A stretch of DNA of 64,000 nt from Asterionella formosa (Eukaryota). How positions within the stretch are numbered: the stretch's first letter is position 1; each line of letters begins with the position of its first letter. Positions 23,142 through 36,119 of this stretch are shown here, one piece after another. Below the pieces are notes generated by a model that searched no databases, had not been told where the DNA came from, and saw only the letters and a list, made by a program, of their open reading frames with translations. The DNA lies in assembly GCA_002256025.1 (NCBI GenBank), contig NKIB01012981.1:1-64000 (forward strand), written 5' to 3'. Position numbers and translations under genes: made by a program.

Positions 23142-26100
23142 CTAGCGCCGGCTTGTTGAGTTCTTCTTCCGCTTGTCCTCAACACCACCAACTACTCTCG
23201 CAAACAGTGACTTCTTTTGTCGAGGTTTTTCATCGGGTACAGGCACTACGTGCGACATGGGTCGTCGTAATAGCGCCCGAGCAGGCGAGTTGCTCAGCGA
23301 GTTTAAGGCTGTAATGGCATCGAAGTCACTTGCCATGAGACTACTGGCGTCGTGAAACAGTGCACGTGATGGCGTCAAAGGATGTCCTAGAGAAGGAGGT
23401 GGCATGGTAGGAAAACTTTTCAATGGAGTCCCCCCTGCTTTGCCATCGCCAAAGGCATGCTCACTTGATTCGGAGATTTCAAAATTACAGTACTCAAATC
23501 CATCCATACTAGCGCCATTGTTCCCTGCCATCAACAGAGAATTCACTCCAGGAGAAAATCTCAAGGCGGCAGGTGCAGGCGAGAATCCTACCCTGAGAGC
23601 AGGGGAGAACGCCATCTTGGAAAATCCCAAAGGAGTGCCAGGTAGTGCCCTAGATGGAGTCAATGGAGGTCTCATCGAGAAATCTGTTACATGGTCTTTT
23701 TTTTCATCTCCGTGGTATTGTGTACTCGCCGAATCCTCAATTGCAGCATCGTCAGTCTTGCTTTTCTTTTGCGACCGTTCCATAACACACGACAACAGGG
23801 GTCCCCGTGGTCGTTTCTTAAGCGGCGAGGCGAACGAATTGCTTCGCTCATTTTCATTCATGGTCGACATTCCACTCGACGACCCTGTATCAAGATTCAC
23901 ATGTTGGAACCATTCCTTGGTTATACGTGAACGGTCATAGTTTATGGGGGCCCCTGTAGGTGGAATCCCCTTAGCTAATTTGTTGACAATGGTGGTCGCA
24001 ATCATACTTTCTGTATCATTCTCCAGCATCTCCTTTACCCGTGACATTTGGGACCACTCATCATTGGCTTCGTTTAATATTTTCTCGAACCCAAGTCTAG
24101 TAGTATTGTCATTCTGCTGTGCATTAGCACGGTTGTCCGCATTCAGCCCGGATGAACCATCGTCGGTCCTTAATCGAGTTGCGCCTGGAGGAGATCGAAC
24201 TGGGAGATTATACCCCGGTTTTCGTCTTGGTTTCGGTAGCACATTTGGTATGGGCATTCTGTTTGCATTCACGCCATTGCAAGACGGCGGTGGTATCATG
24301 TGAAATGGGACTGGGGCTCGAGCCGTGGAGGTAGTGCCGTCCAGATTCCATGTTAGGGGTACACTAGGAGGGTGAGGGATCATATTGTAGCTCGTCGCAC
24401 TTTGCATGCCACCTGGAAATGGCTGGTCTGGCACAAACCTACTTGGATGATCTGTGGCCCCAGCTGGCATTTCAGTAGGAACCGGTCGCGGCGGTGCTGC
24501 TTTTTGTGTTGGTATCTTTGGGGGCTTGGGTGGCTTCGACCCTGCCCCGTCTTCTCGTTGCGCCCTAGTAATTGTGGCTTTGATTCGTCGTTCTAGAACT
24601 TGATAGCGTTTTCTCAAATGACCTCGATCCCGATGAGGCATTAACCTTGTGCTTAGCTCGGACCACATGTGACCCATAACAGGAACACCTCGAAGCAACG
24701 TAAGATCTTCCTCGATTGACCATCGGTGCACATTCAGAATTGCTGGCGGTGCAACCTTTTTGAGAGCTTCCACCTTTTTGGGATCGGCCCTTTCAACCCC
24801 TTCATGCTTAGGGGGAACTTCTAGATTACCTTCCGCATCAATGTTGATGCCGTGAGCACGAAAGACCATAATGGAGAGTTTCGAATATCGCTGAGCAATG
24901 ACGTTAATGGATCGGTCTGGCAAATAACGATCTGCGATCAGCATCCATTGCTTTTCACCATATAGATTCTAAAAGCATCGTTCAACAAAGATAAGTGAGG
25001 AGCTTCCGTCTACAAGTCTAATCAGACTCAACAAAACTTACCACTCCGCGTAAGACCAAATTGTCTTCTGCCGATGTAAATTGAATTCGATCCCTTCTCA
25101 GTGCCACATTCTGAGACGTAGTACAAACATTACCGAAATCCGGTCCAAAAAATTCCTTCGGGTCACTCAATACTGTTGACACATCAACAAAACCGGGGAT
25201 GGCAGCATCTTGGATTTCTGCCCCAGCGATTTCCAAGAGCAATTTACAGGCATCCCCGTGCTCCTCCGGGTCCAATATATTCAAGTCTGTCCCACTTGAC
25301 TTGTCTAATGTAGCAAAGGTGGCATTCAAGTGGCACAATCCTTTTACGTCAAAGCAGGTATTATTGGTCTTTTGCCCGGTTTGCAAGGTCTTGATAAATG
25401 CCGCTCGTGTCAAGCGGCGATCGCCTTCTGAATCCAATGCGGGCATTAATGATCGCTTCGAGAAATTTCCCTTATTGTCTAGTTGAATGGATGTTCGAAT
25501 CGCATCTTTACGATTCTGATCCAAATCTTGCAGCATGCCTACAGCCCCGTCAAGAATTTCAGCCAAGTCTTCATGAGTTTCTGTGCAATACATGTCGTTT
25601 GTTGTTTTTGGTTTTGAGTACTTCAATCCATGAGCAGCTCTAACAGACAACACAGCCTGCTGAATCAATAGTTGGTAGTGTTGTTTCATGAGCGAGGCTA
25701 GTTGTTCCTTCTGAGCCTCTGTAATGACAGTTTGCTTTGCCCTGGCTGCTTCCTTGAGCGGTGTCCGAGGGGACTCCGATGACGGTGTTGCGGGAGAAGC
25801 CTTCACAAAATCTTTTGCCTTACTGGGAGTCGGTGCCATATGTTGGGAGGTACCTAGCAAGGTCGTGACGGCAGCTTCCAAATCTTCTTCCAAGAGAGAA
25901 CCGAGTTCTGCTTCAAGTTCTGAGTAGAACTCAGTCCCGATATCTGGCAGGGGTATGGGAGAAGTAAGGTCTGATGCTTTTCCATTAGGAGACGATTTCG
26001 GTGCTCCTGATTGGTCGCCCTGTTCAATTTCTTCATCATTATCGTCCTCTTCCTCGTCGTCGTCTTCGTCGCTTTCAGTATCTGTCAACTTGAACTCTTC

Positions 26101-26409
26101 ATCGTCATCCCCCATCAAGACAGTATCCAAGTTCAAAGACTCCACAAACTTCGCATACTCATCATCGTCAATTTGTGGCTGAAAGGATGGTTCAGGAGGC
26201 GATTCAATCTTGCGACGTGCCGTGGTTGGAGCTGGTGGTCGACCACGTTTCGTCTTGGACATGACGGTCGGGGCGTTGGGAGGGGTCACTTTGGGGGGTT
26301 GTGATGCTTCGGACATTGGATGAATCGAGTTGCAAAGCGGTGTAGTTGTGGAAACAGTAGCTGTAGTCGTCGTCGTTGTTGTTTTAGTACTTGAATCCTT
26401 GTTGGACAT
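23142..26409 (-). CDS. GON4L/DUO3-like Myb/SANT nuclear protein, 2 exons; intron 24969-25041
   Basis: Acidic N-terminus, QKEQLASLMKQHYQLLIQ motif, FTSAEDNLVLRGV|NLYGEKQW Myb-like repeat joined across a 73-bp GT-AG intron, and a second repeat RWSIEEDLTLLRG. Confidence 0.8.
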
Positions 26410-27709
26410 ATTGCGATGGTCAGTGCGGTAATGCCCAAATCAATTCCGGTTTAGACAAGAAGGGCTTGCTGTTGTGATCAGTTGTTCCGCTGAACTGGAT
26501 CAGATCACTGCAGCACAAGAAGTCAATCTTCTTCTTTGAGATCTCTGAAGGCAGACAAGAATTGAACAGACCGAGTGCCTTCGCTTTTGTTGGTAATCCA
26601 GCACAGAACAGAGCCGAGACAAGGGTGCTGGACGTGCAGGAGTATTAGTAATAGCCGCACTCCCTGAGTGTATTTCGGGAATTCGATCAATCAAGCTGGT
26701 TAATGTCAATGTTTTTCCAAATCTTTGACTTCCCAGCACTAGTAACTAGATCACACTCCGGAAACGGTCTACTGCAGCATAGAGAGAAGTGATCTCAGAT
26801 TTAGAGCTTTCAATAGAAGCAATTGTTGCGGTACAAACCTAAATGTAAACTGGTACTCCTGAGATGAGCAAATGGCGGTAAAGTAAAAGCAGCGATGCTG
26901 CGCCATCCTGAGCCACTTGGTGGCGTCTACGTGTGTGTTGGTATGTTTCACGATTCTCTCGGAAAACGCAAGGAAAATCTCGTTCATACTGGGGCATTGA
27001 ACCAGACGTTGGAGCTAAATTCATCGCATTTATTTTCCCGCAATTCTTGGATTTACTACAAAAATTGACTAAAATGGAATTGCCAAATGATAGTGAAGAA
27101 TACGATAATGAGAGGTGATGAGATGCCGGCGTCGGATGGCGCGAGAGCGACGCACTCCTTAGCGGTAAATGAAAAGTACAGGAGTACGGATGGACGACTT
27201 GTATTGCTGATGATGACCTGGTCTGGGCGTCCATCCCCTCGGGGTGACGGCGGTGTCAACTGATGACCACTCTCCATCGGCGCCGCCACAAGAAACCCAA
27301 AGCAAATTGCGAATCTTCAAAGCTGTGGTATTTGTGGATAGTTTCTTTCGCACTGTGCTCTCAACAAGGAACCCAACCTACTTTCCCTTACTGATACCGG
27401 TAGTGCTTCCCATACGAACTTTTGTCTACACAGTCATGGCTCACATTCTGACCGCCGTCGCAGGTATGTAGTTCGTAGATTCGACGGGAGTACCGATCTC
27501 TTATATCTTGATTGATCATTCGATTGGTAACTTGATGCAATCCCAAGGATGAACCCCCCAATGGTGCCATCAGCCTATGCATCCATTTGCTGATATGTAC
27601 GGCAGACGTAATGGGGCTGGCTACCGGTATATTCACTCAACAGTAGATTTCCACCTTTATAAACTGCACTTTGCTTGTCACCGTCTTTTGCGTAACTCAT
27701 TTACCTCCA

Positions 27710-29548
27710 ATGTCTTTCTACACAACGACACCGCCATCAGGCACCACTGCGGATGTTGTCCCCATCACCCGAGCCCTCATCTCCGTCTCGGACAAGACGG
27801 GTATTGTCGAATTCGCCACCTTTCTCGCATCCAAACAGGTCCACCTCCTTTCAACAGGCGGCACCGCCAAGACTCTTCGAGATGCTGGCCTCGACGTCAT
27901 GGATGTTTCAGAATATACACAGTCTGTGGAATGTTTGGACGGTCGCGTCAAGACCTTGCATCCAAAGGTGCATGGGGGATTGTTGGGAGTGAGAGGCAAT
28001 ATTCAGCACGAGCAAGAAATGAAGGAACAGGGAATTGAGAAGATTGACATGACGATTTTGAACTTGTACCCTTTTGAAGCGACTGTTGCTAGTGGAGCTG
28101 CTTTCGAACAGTGCATTGAGAATATTGACATCGGAGGACCTTCCATGTTGAGAAGTACAGCCAAAAATCACGCTTTCACTACGATCGTGACATCGCCAGA
28201 TCAGTATGCAGAGATTCAGAATGAGATGGAAAAGCAGGGAGGGACTACACTGGCGCTCCGCAAGCGCTGCGCTGCTCGAGCGTTTGCCTTGTCGGCCTCG
28301 TACGACAGCATGATCGCCACGTGGTTTGCCAAAGAACTTGGGGAAGGGGCTCCTGTCACGACGCGAGTTTACCAACCAGAGTTTTTACTCAAGTACGGGT
28401 GCAATCCTCATCAAAAACCAGCTCAGATATTGTCCCGCCTTGGACAAAAGCTGCCATTTTCTGTGTTGAACGGAACTCCTGGGTATATCAACTTGCTGGA
28501 CGCGGCCAATGCATGGCAGTTGGTCATGGAGTTGAAACAAGCAACTGGATTGGCGGCGGCCTGTAGTTTCAAACACGTTAGTCCCGCTGGAGCAGCAGTG
28601 GCAGTACCATTGACCCCAGTCGAATATGAAGCTTATGAAGTTGAGGCTGGAGAAGAATTGACCCCATCTGCCTTGGCATACTTGAGAGCACGTAATGCCG
28701 ATCCAATGTGCTCTTTTGGGGACTTTTGCGCTGTCAGTGATATCGTTGATGAGGCGACTGCCAAAATCCTCAAGAGAGAAGTTAGTGATGGTATCATTGC
28801 TCCTGGATATACTCCGGAAGCTCTGGCTATGCTCAAAGCCAAGAAGGGTGGGTCATATATTGTTTTGGAAGCTACGAAAGACTATGATCCTGGTGAAATG
28901 GAGTACCGCGAGGTGTACGGCATGACATTTTCTCAAAAGAGAAACCAAGTCATTATCACAAAGGAGCACATGGGAGACGTTGTCACTTCCAGGAAAGATT
29001 TGTCGGATGATGCGATTCGTGATATGATTGTCGCTTCCATCTGTATTAAGTACACGCAGTCCAATTCTGTCGGATTCGCCAAGGACGGTATGATGGTAGG
29101 TGTAGGTGCCGGGCAGCAGTCTCGTGTCGATTGTGTCAAGTTGGCTGGACGCAAAGTCGCTACATGGTACCTCCGACAGCACCCAAAGGTATTGGGCCTC
29201 CAGTTCAAGGCTGGCGTGAAGCGTCAGGATCGTGTTAACGCTCGGGTGCGATACATTGAAGGCGACTTGACAACTGAGGAGAGAATCCGTTGGTCTGCTC
29301 AGTTCAGTCTAGTCCCCGACCCACTTACGGAGGAAGAGAAGGATGAATTTATGAAGGAATCCAGTGGAGTCAGCATCAGTAGTGATGCTTTCTTCCCGTT
29401 CCGTGATTCCATTGACCATGCCTCCAAGCTTGGTGTTTCCTACGTAGCTCAGCCTGGTGGAAGTGTGCAAGACCAGCAAATCACCGACGCGTGCGACGAG
29501 TATGGCATGGCCATGTGCATGACTGGTGTTCGCCTTTTCCACCATTGA
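27710..29548 (+). CDS. purH: Bifunctional AICAR transformylase / IMP cyclohydrolase
   Basis: RALISVSDKTG, STGGTA, GRVKTLHP, IENIDIGGPSMLR, LKYGCNPHQ, SFKHVSPAG, SSDAFFPF and QPGGS...RLFHH motifs. Confidence 0.98.
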   Translation: MSFYTTTPPSGTTADVVPITRALISVSDKTGIVEFATFLASKQVHLLSTGGTAKTLRDAGLDVMDVSEYTQSVECLDGRVKTLHPKVHGGLLGVRGNIQHEQEMKEQGIEKIDMTILNLYPFEATVASGAAFEQCIENIDIGGPSMLRSTAKNHAFTTIVTSPDQYAEIQNEMEKQGGTTLALRKRCAARAFALSASYDSMIATWFAKELGEGAPVTTRVYQPEFLLKYGCNPHQKPAQILSRLGQKLPFSVLNGTPGYINLLDAANAWQLVMELKQATGLAAACSFKHVSPAGAAVAVPLTPVEYEAYEVEAGEELTPSALAYLRARNADPMCSFGDFCAVSDIVDEATAKILKREVSDGIIAPGYTPEALAMLKAKKGGSYIVLEATKDYDPGEMEYREVYGMTFSQKRNQVIITKEHMGDVVTSRKDLSDDAIRDMIVASICIKYTQSNSVGFAKDGMMVGVGAGQQSRVDCVKLAGRKVATWYLRQHPKVLGLQFKAGVKRQDRVNARVRYIEGDLTTEERIRWSAQFSLVPDPLTEEEKDEFMKESSGVSISSDAFFPFRDSIDHASKLGVSYVAQPGGSVQDQQITDACDEYGMAMCMTGVRLFHH

Positions 29549-29824
29549 GACCTTTTCATGAAGCATTTCAACTGGAACTCTTTTGCTTGCTTAATTTTCG
29601 CAATATTTATATAGAGTTAGATTATCTCAATGTAGGGCCACATCTTTTGTTGATTTCAATTCATTCTGACGCCTAGCTTTAGGAATCAAACAACGGTTAC
29701 ATTGCCTAGACGAACCAAGACAAAAACATTCATTCCATTTGTGTTACTCGCCATTACGCTTTGTCGAGGAAATACTGTAGAAACTTGTCAATAATCGCTG
29801 AGTTTGGCACTATTGCTACCACTG

Positions 29825-30523
29825 TTATCTGTCGCCTGACAGTTCCATTTTCATCCAGTTCAAGTCCTTTCTAGCAATGTTGATCTTATTGTTTTCATCG
29901 AAGAATCTCCACACGTCATTCGGTATTGATGCGAACTCAAACCTTCCTGTTCGTGGAATCTCTCGAATGTTTCGAATGATGGCTGGTGCGAATTCCTCCA
30001 CAGGCACCGCCCATCGAAGGTGCACAAAATGTGTATCTGGATACCGTCGCGCCAGGTCTACCGCTTTGCGGATACTCATACGACCCGATTCTCCCCAAAA
30101 AACCACCTTGTCGTGTTCATCTACCATGACACAATCCGGTAGGTAATCTGGATCGTCAATGTCGTACTCGATTCGAATTGTTGGGTGCGTGTCTTGATAG
30201 AGTGACCATAGAATAGCCTTGGTCAGTACATGCTGGAGTGTCTCGCCACGCTTCTTTTGAAAGGTCTTCGTATCTCCGTTCGCCGACGTTAGTACCAGAG
30301 TGTGTTTCTTGGCCGTGGGAATGTCTTGCAATCGCTCCACGCGGGGTTTGGTGTTGCCGATCCAGCGTCGGGGAGTTTCATCACGGCGAACGAAACGAGG
30401 TGAAGCGAGGATCTTGTTGTATATATTCGTCGGTAATAGAAAGCTACAGGCAGAAGGAAACAAGATCAATACGATTGTTATACGCAGCGAAAGGAACATG
30501 GAAGGGGTGGAGGCCGATGCCAT
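29825..30523 (-). CDS. YaeQ-like / PD-(D/E)XK-fold hypothetical protein with a probable bipartite plastid-targeting leader
   Basis: Hydrophobic signal ending SACS-F, then a basic transit-like stretch. Core GET..HVLTKAILW...PDCV...FWGESG resembles YaeQ-like bacterial proteins (family assignment from memory). Confidence 0.6.
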   Translation of the reverse strand: MASASTPSMFLSLRITIVLILFPSACSFLLPTNIYNKILASPRFVRRDETPRRWIGNTKPRVERLQDIPTAKKHTLVLTSANGDTKTFQKKRGETLQHVLTKAILWSLYQDTHPTIRIEYDIDDPDYLPDCVMVDEHDKVVFWGESGRMSIRKAVDLARRYPDTHFVHLRWAVPVEEFAPAIIRNIREIPRTGRFEFASIPNDVWRFFDENNKINIARKDLNWMKMELSGDR

Positions 30524-31219
30524 GATAATAGTACCAGGTATTAAGAGGTACTAAGAGTCAAGGATACGAACGGCGATTGTGGATTTATTAATCAACACAT
30601 GATTGATACGACATCATGGCTGTCTGATAAGTCTGATGGTGGCGCATTTTATTTTCATGATTCTGACATGTTGTGCGGTTGACTATGTATAGACAAAAAT
30701 GATAATGATTGATGATTCCGGATGCCGCCAAGGGGTGCGAGCTCGTAGGCGCGCAGATACTCCCTAGGTACTGTATACCTTGGGAGTTACGGTCACTGAC
30801 GGCTTTCACTATAAGGAAAACAAAAGCTAAATTTCTCATTTTCCGCAACCTGCTCTTTTACCTGGGAGTACCGGTACCCAGTTACAAGGTACCAGTACCC
30901 CTGGTAGCTAATACCAGGGGGTACCAGGGTACCAGTACTGTACATCATTTGGATGATGGTTTATTTTAATTAACCTCGATTGGTGAGAAGAGGAGTTTAT
31001 TAGCTGGATTACCTACCTTGGAGTACCTGGGCTCCTCACACCACATACCGGCAGCAGTGCGTTTATAAAATTATCATAGACCACATGCATTATGAAATGT
31101 GAACCTGGCACCAGGTACTCTCTACCGGTAGACTTCAATTTTTCAGAGTAACGGGAGCCGCCTTCACATCACTGAAACAATTCCCATCGAGCTGTCATCA
31201 TCAAAACTGAATAGAAGTC

Positions 31220-33195
31220 ATGAGGCAAACCACCGTATCAATAGCAGCAGCCTTTCTGATACTAGCAAGAAGCCAAGCTCGAAGAACAGAGACAAGAGAA
31301 CGAATAGCATTCCTACCGCTTCGTGGAGGGGCAGTCAGCCAAGATGATGACGACGACGATGATGCTGCCTTGGACGCGTACATTAATGAGTTGATTGCCT
31401 CCGTCGACGAAGAAGATAACGAGGTTGCAATGGAGGTTGTGGAAGTAAAAGATGATTCAGAAGAAGGAGACATCGAGAAGGAACTGGAGGATGCAGACGA
31501 GCTAGACCATCAGGAACACAGAGATGAACTTACCGACACACCATCGATGACAACAGAAGGCGAAGACGAAGAAACCGACGAACATACGCCGGCAGCAACA
31601 CTGGATAAAGATAACCAGGCCCAAGATTCCGATGTTCATGCTAATGTTAATGTATTGAACGACTCAGATGATGCTGATTCTGTGTTGCATAATACCTCGT
31701 TCGATTTTGAATCTAGCCCTGCGAAGTCTGTGGAGGGGAGCCTTCAAATGCAAACAAAAAATAGCCCCGCTCGTTTGTCAAAGAAATCAAAGAATAGAAC
31801 AAAGCCATCATCTGCTGAAAAGGACGCTATAGTAATGGAGGACGAGACTGTTGAGTCCATATCTGACACCTCCGACAACCCAACGGGGGTATCCGCTCCT
31901 CCTCGGCCTCCGAATGCAGCCTATCGTTTCCTTCTCAATCAGGGAAATATTGGTCATGTTGTTATCATGATCCTCGTATGGATATCAGAATTTATTCAAG
32001 TTTTCATTCCTCCGTTGGCGGTGTTTTTTGCTTGGATAGCATCCGTCCTAGGACCAGCTGCACTTGATGGGGGACGAGGTGGTCCTTACGTTGCACCAAA
32101 GAGTGTCAACGAACAGTACACTGGATTTGTTTCCAATGATGGAACATCAGTTAGAGGAAAAAAAAATAAAGTTGCCACGAAAAAAGCGGACCAAAAGGCA
32201 ATGGAACAGCTGCGTCGAATTGGAAGTGTGAACGAAGCCAGGTATCGCCATGTCAGCGTGAACTTTATGAAGAGGTACGAGTTGTATGTCATCACGCACG
32301 TTATTAATTTCACCCGCATCTCACTTTTTTCATATAAAGGCATCACATTGGTCAATTCTTCAACTCAGACGAGAAACGTATCATTTCCAGATCACAAGAT
32401 CTTGACCCTGCCTTGGCGACAGCAAGCCACAAACACCATTATGATGAAGAAGATGAAGACATTTCTTGGGTCGTAGAGGCGCTAACAAAAACCGAACCAA
32501 CGATGAGAAAGGGGGGAAAAAGGAAGGTTTCGAACCCCATCAGAACATCGGTATCGTTGGGGTCGCAGGGTGCTAGCGTTGGTATTGAATTCAGCATAGG
32601 AGGAGACACAACCAAGAAATCAAAAGCAAAGCGCACCTCCATTCTAGAAGCAGCTACACGACCTAGTGGGACATCAAGAAAGCAACTTATTCGTCCTAAA
32701 GCAAGTGATCGCGATGGAGGAGGTGGGGTCATGGGTCGTCTTCGTGATTTAAGTTCCAAGAATCTCATGTCACGATCCATATTTGGTGCCTACCCTGGCG
32801 ATGCAGCTCCGCCAAATGAAGCTGCTAGCGCGGAAGGCGTGATTGATCTTGCCCAAAAATATGGCTACGGCGATTGGTCGGATGATGACGACGACAATGA
32901 TAGCTACAGACCACTGAAGCGCCGGAGAAAGAAATCAGGACATCCCTTGCCAAAGACACTGAGGCGTCGAAGGCCTCCATCACTAGCAGGGCCTAGAGCA
33001 TCATACTCATCTGATCTTGACATTTCACCACTTCCTACAGATTTTTCGCAAAATAGATCAGACTCGACACGCTCTCCAAAGAATTCCATTCAAGACCTAA
33101 TTGACTCAGCAAAGGAGAAGGATATCCTTGTTCGCCTCCCCATGGAGAGGCTACGAGAGGCTAGGAGAAAACTAGAAGGAAATGATATTGATTAA
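31220..33195 (+). CDS. Hypothetical membrane protein with signal peptide and LRGG motif, 2 exons; intron 32275-32339
   Basis: ORFs 31220-32476 and 32413-33195 join in frame across a 65-bp GT...AG intron. Acidic region plus a hydrophobic segment (VVIMILVWISEFIQVFIPPLAVFFAWIASVL). Confidence 0.75.
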
Positions 33196-33844
33196 CCAAA
33201 CCTACTATTAGTCTCACCATTGCTGATTTTCAACCATTCGGGCATTCAGCATTTAGATTCAATTGACCTTCTCATTGTTCAACCAATAATTTTCTAGAAT
33301 GGAGTAACTTGCATGCACAATCATGTGTCCGCCATTTTGAATAGCCCTGATAATTCCGACTTGATATAGTAGTAGTCTACCCTAAGTGGTCTTTGCATTT
33401 CGAAATGGATAGTATCAGATTTGAAAACATGAGAGCTTTGCAATTGACCAAAAATAGCTATCTTGCCAAGATTTCTTGATTTTTCCATGGCATGGTTTGT
33501 TTTGTGATTGCTGAGAGTACATTTTTTGAGGAAACTGGTTCAAGCTTTGCATATGCCTTATTGTATATATCCATGGCAGATAACCAAATGTTGATTGTAG
33601 GCTAAGACTCAAAATTGAATCACTCTAGTAGGAAAAGGAAAAGGTTCTGATTGGTAGGAAAAGGAAACCTTTCCTTGAAGTAACAGACCGTTTACAAAAC
33701 TACTTCTAAGGAGTAAAACATAAATGTTTATCACTAAACGGAGCTTTCACCAATATATATCCTTTCCATATGCTTAGATAAAGTCATTGATCAAAGTAGG
33801 GGTATGATACTGCTGGTAGGTCAACTCTATAAAATGTCAGGATA

Positions 33845-34330
33845 CAGGATCTGGCAATAAACTGCAGAAAGAAACGTCGGTTTTTAAACTATGCTATAAA
33901 GACTGGAAAATTTGGGGGATATCACTTCTTTATTTGGAATTGTAAAAACCGAAGTTCCTTTCTGTAGTTTCTTGCCAGAAATTATATTTGTATACTTATG
34001 CTATTTGAAGGTTACCTATGTATCTAAATTGCGTTCAGACCCAGCCAATATTGAGCAATTGTCGTCCAGAAATCAACAAATCGGCCTTTTCAAGCAACCC
34101 CAGCATATGGGAATCAGAATCACTTAGTACCGAAACGTCATCACCTAAACAAGAGTCTTGTGATTCAATTTTAGTCATAAAATCTCCTGTACAAAATATT
34201 CCATTATACGTGCGCAGCATTATTTACATGCTGATAGGTTATTGTGAAATACTTACCTCCATTTGATTGGTCTGGTTTGCGACATCTTGGAAACAACCAA
34301 CGCTGGCCATTTTGGATACACCTGTAAAAT
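33845..34330. repeat. Dispersed degenerate repeat, copy 1
   Basis: Colinear similarity to about 61070-61660, e.g. AAGGTTACCTATGTATCTAAATTGC, GAATCAGAATCACTTAGT, GAGTCTTGTGATTCAATTTTA and ACTTACCTCCATTTGATTGG. Confidence 0.85.
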
Positions 34331-36119
34331 TATTTTGGATAATCACTGGTGGTACTATATTTACCAGATAGCTAGCATACCGGTAGCGTAGTTTTTATTT
34401 CTCATGGAGAAATTCGTTTTTGTCGACATGGTCAAGCGGAGACGGCATGATACAGGATTCTCCAGCCGCGCACAAGAACTACACTCTATCGTTTTATATA
34501 CTACAGAAAGAAATCGCAATATCTAAGCTAAAAAATTATATTCTAGCTTCTATAAGGGCTACCTTGAGTACATGGTACCAGGTACCCCCTGAAACTAGTA
34601 TATAACGGGATCATATGTAGCCATAGTATATACCTATGTGATATATGTATGAGATTGCAAAAACTGGTAGTATAGCGCGACTTTTCCCAAACAGGGTTGA
34701 AAAAGAGAAAACTATTCGTAAATTCAACTGCCCAGCCATTGGCATTTGCACCACAATTGCACCACCGATTGCACCACTATAACTTACCAAAACCAAAATT
34801 GCACCATCAGACTACCCATTTATAAATCCATGCTACGGCCTGCACAAACGGAGTGATATTTTCTACATAGGACCACGATCAGATTCATATAAGATATGTA
34901 TTTTGTACTAGCCAACGGCCGTAGGCTACCTGGTACATACATGTAGTGGGACATACCGGTACTAATAAAGAATTGCAAGCATTTTGTATCAGTCAGCAAA
35001 TCCGAGTATGCATTGTTCAGAAACTGACTCTGCAAATCGTCATCGGTCAATATTGGTGCTGACAAATGCATGTACTTTATATTTCACTATAATACCATGG
35101 TGAGGGCTAGTTGGTAAAAGAATGTTGTTGTAAACTTATAAATTGTTATTGGTTTGATCACAAATTATTTGATAATTAGAATAAATTTTGTTTTAGAACA
35201 CATAAATTTTGGGTAGACCCAAATAAATTCCGGAAAAAGTAGCATAATATTTTAGAGCATAAATACATCACTTTAGACATAGATTCGAAAAAGTGCTGTA
35301 AATGGGCGGCCTGTTAGATGTGGATGGAGGTCACAGTCCAGCCATGGTCACCTGGATAGTGTCCTCAAGGTCTTGAATGATCTCATCCAACACTACTGTA
35401 CGCAAGGAGAAGCAGTAAAACAGAGAGCCAACCTTTACAGTTGATCTGCAACAGTGATGATGGGCTCAACTGCGGCCATTATTGCTGGCCATCAAGAAGC
35501 CAAGGATTTGACCATCAGGGATGGGCACATCGGTGATGTCAACATTCATTTTGACAATAATAACAATGATGATGATTAGGATGATAGATAAAATCATACT
35601 AGAAAAATCAGCACTTTGGCATTGGTTGAAATATACTTGTTCGAAATGAATAGATATATGTTAAGTTGGTTCGATTAATTTATTTATAGAAACAGAGTAT
35701 GTTCACATCTATGTAACTCATAAAAAAGGCATTCTTTCGAGTATTCCGACCCTCACGTAGAAAATATGCTATGTAGTCTACGTAAGCCGTCCTATAATAA
35801 GCTGTTCGGCACTGTGTGTTCCGATTGTCGATGCAACTGTTATTGGACAGAGAAGGAGTCCCAGGTACCAGGTACACGGATCAGTTGTTTGTATAATAAA
35901 TATAGCCCTGGTATGCATACATTTTCTTGTACATTTGCGTTAGTCCAGGTACCGGTGTACCTGGTAGGTAGTACCAGGTACCTGGTACCATCATCAGACA
36001 ATACTACCCGATACTTCTTTTTGACTCTTTCGTTTTGGTGACTTTGCTTGCTGGTGTGTTCCCAATCAAGTCCATTGCCTATATTTTCCTGGTGTACCTC
36101 ATCGCTCCTCTAAAAAGCT

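Noticed and set aside
26440..27660. Small ORFs between the Myb gene and purH
   Set aside because: Short, overlapping on both strands, with no motifs or consistent splice model.
34245..34262. ATACTTACCT resembling the U1 snRNA 5' end (also 61400 and 61588)
   Set aside because: No downstream U1 stem-loops or Sm site; it is simply the reverse complement of a splice donor.
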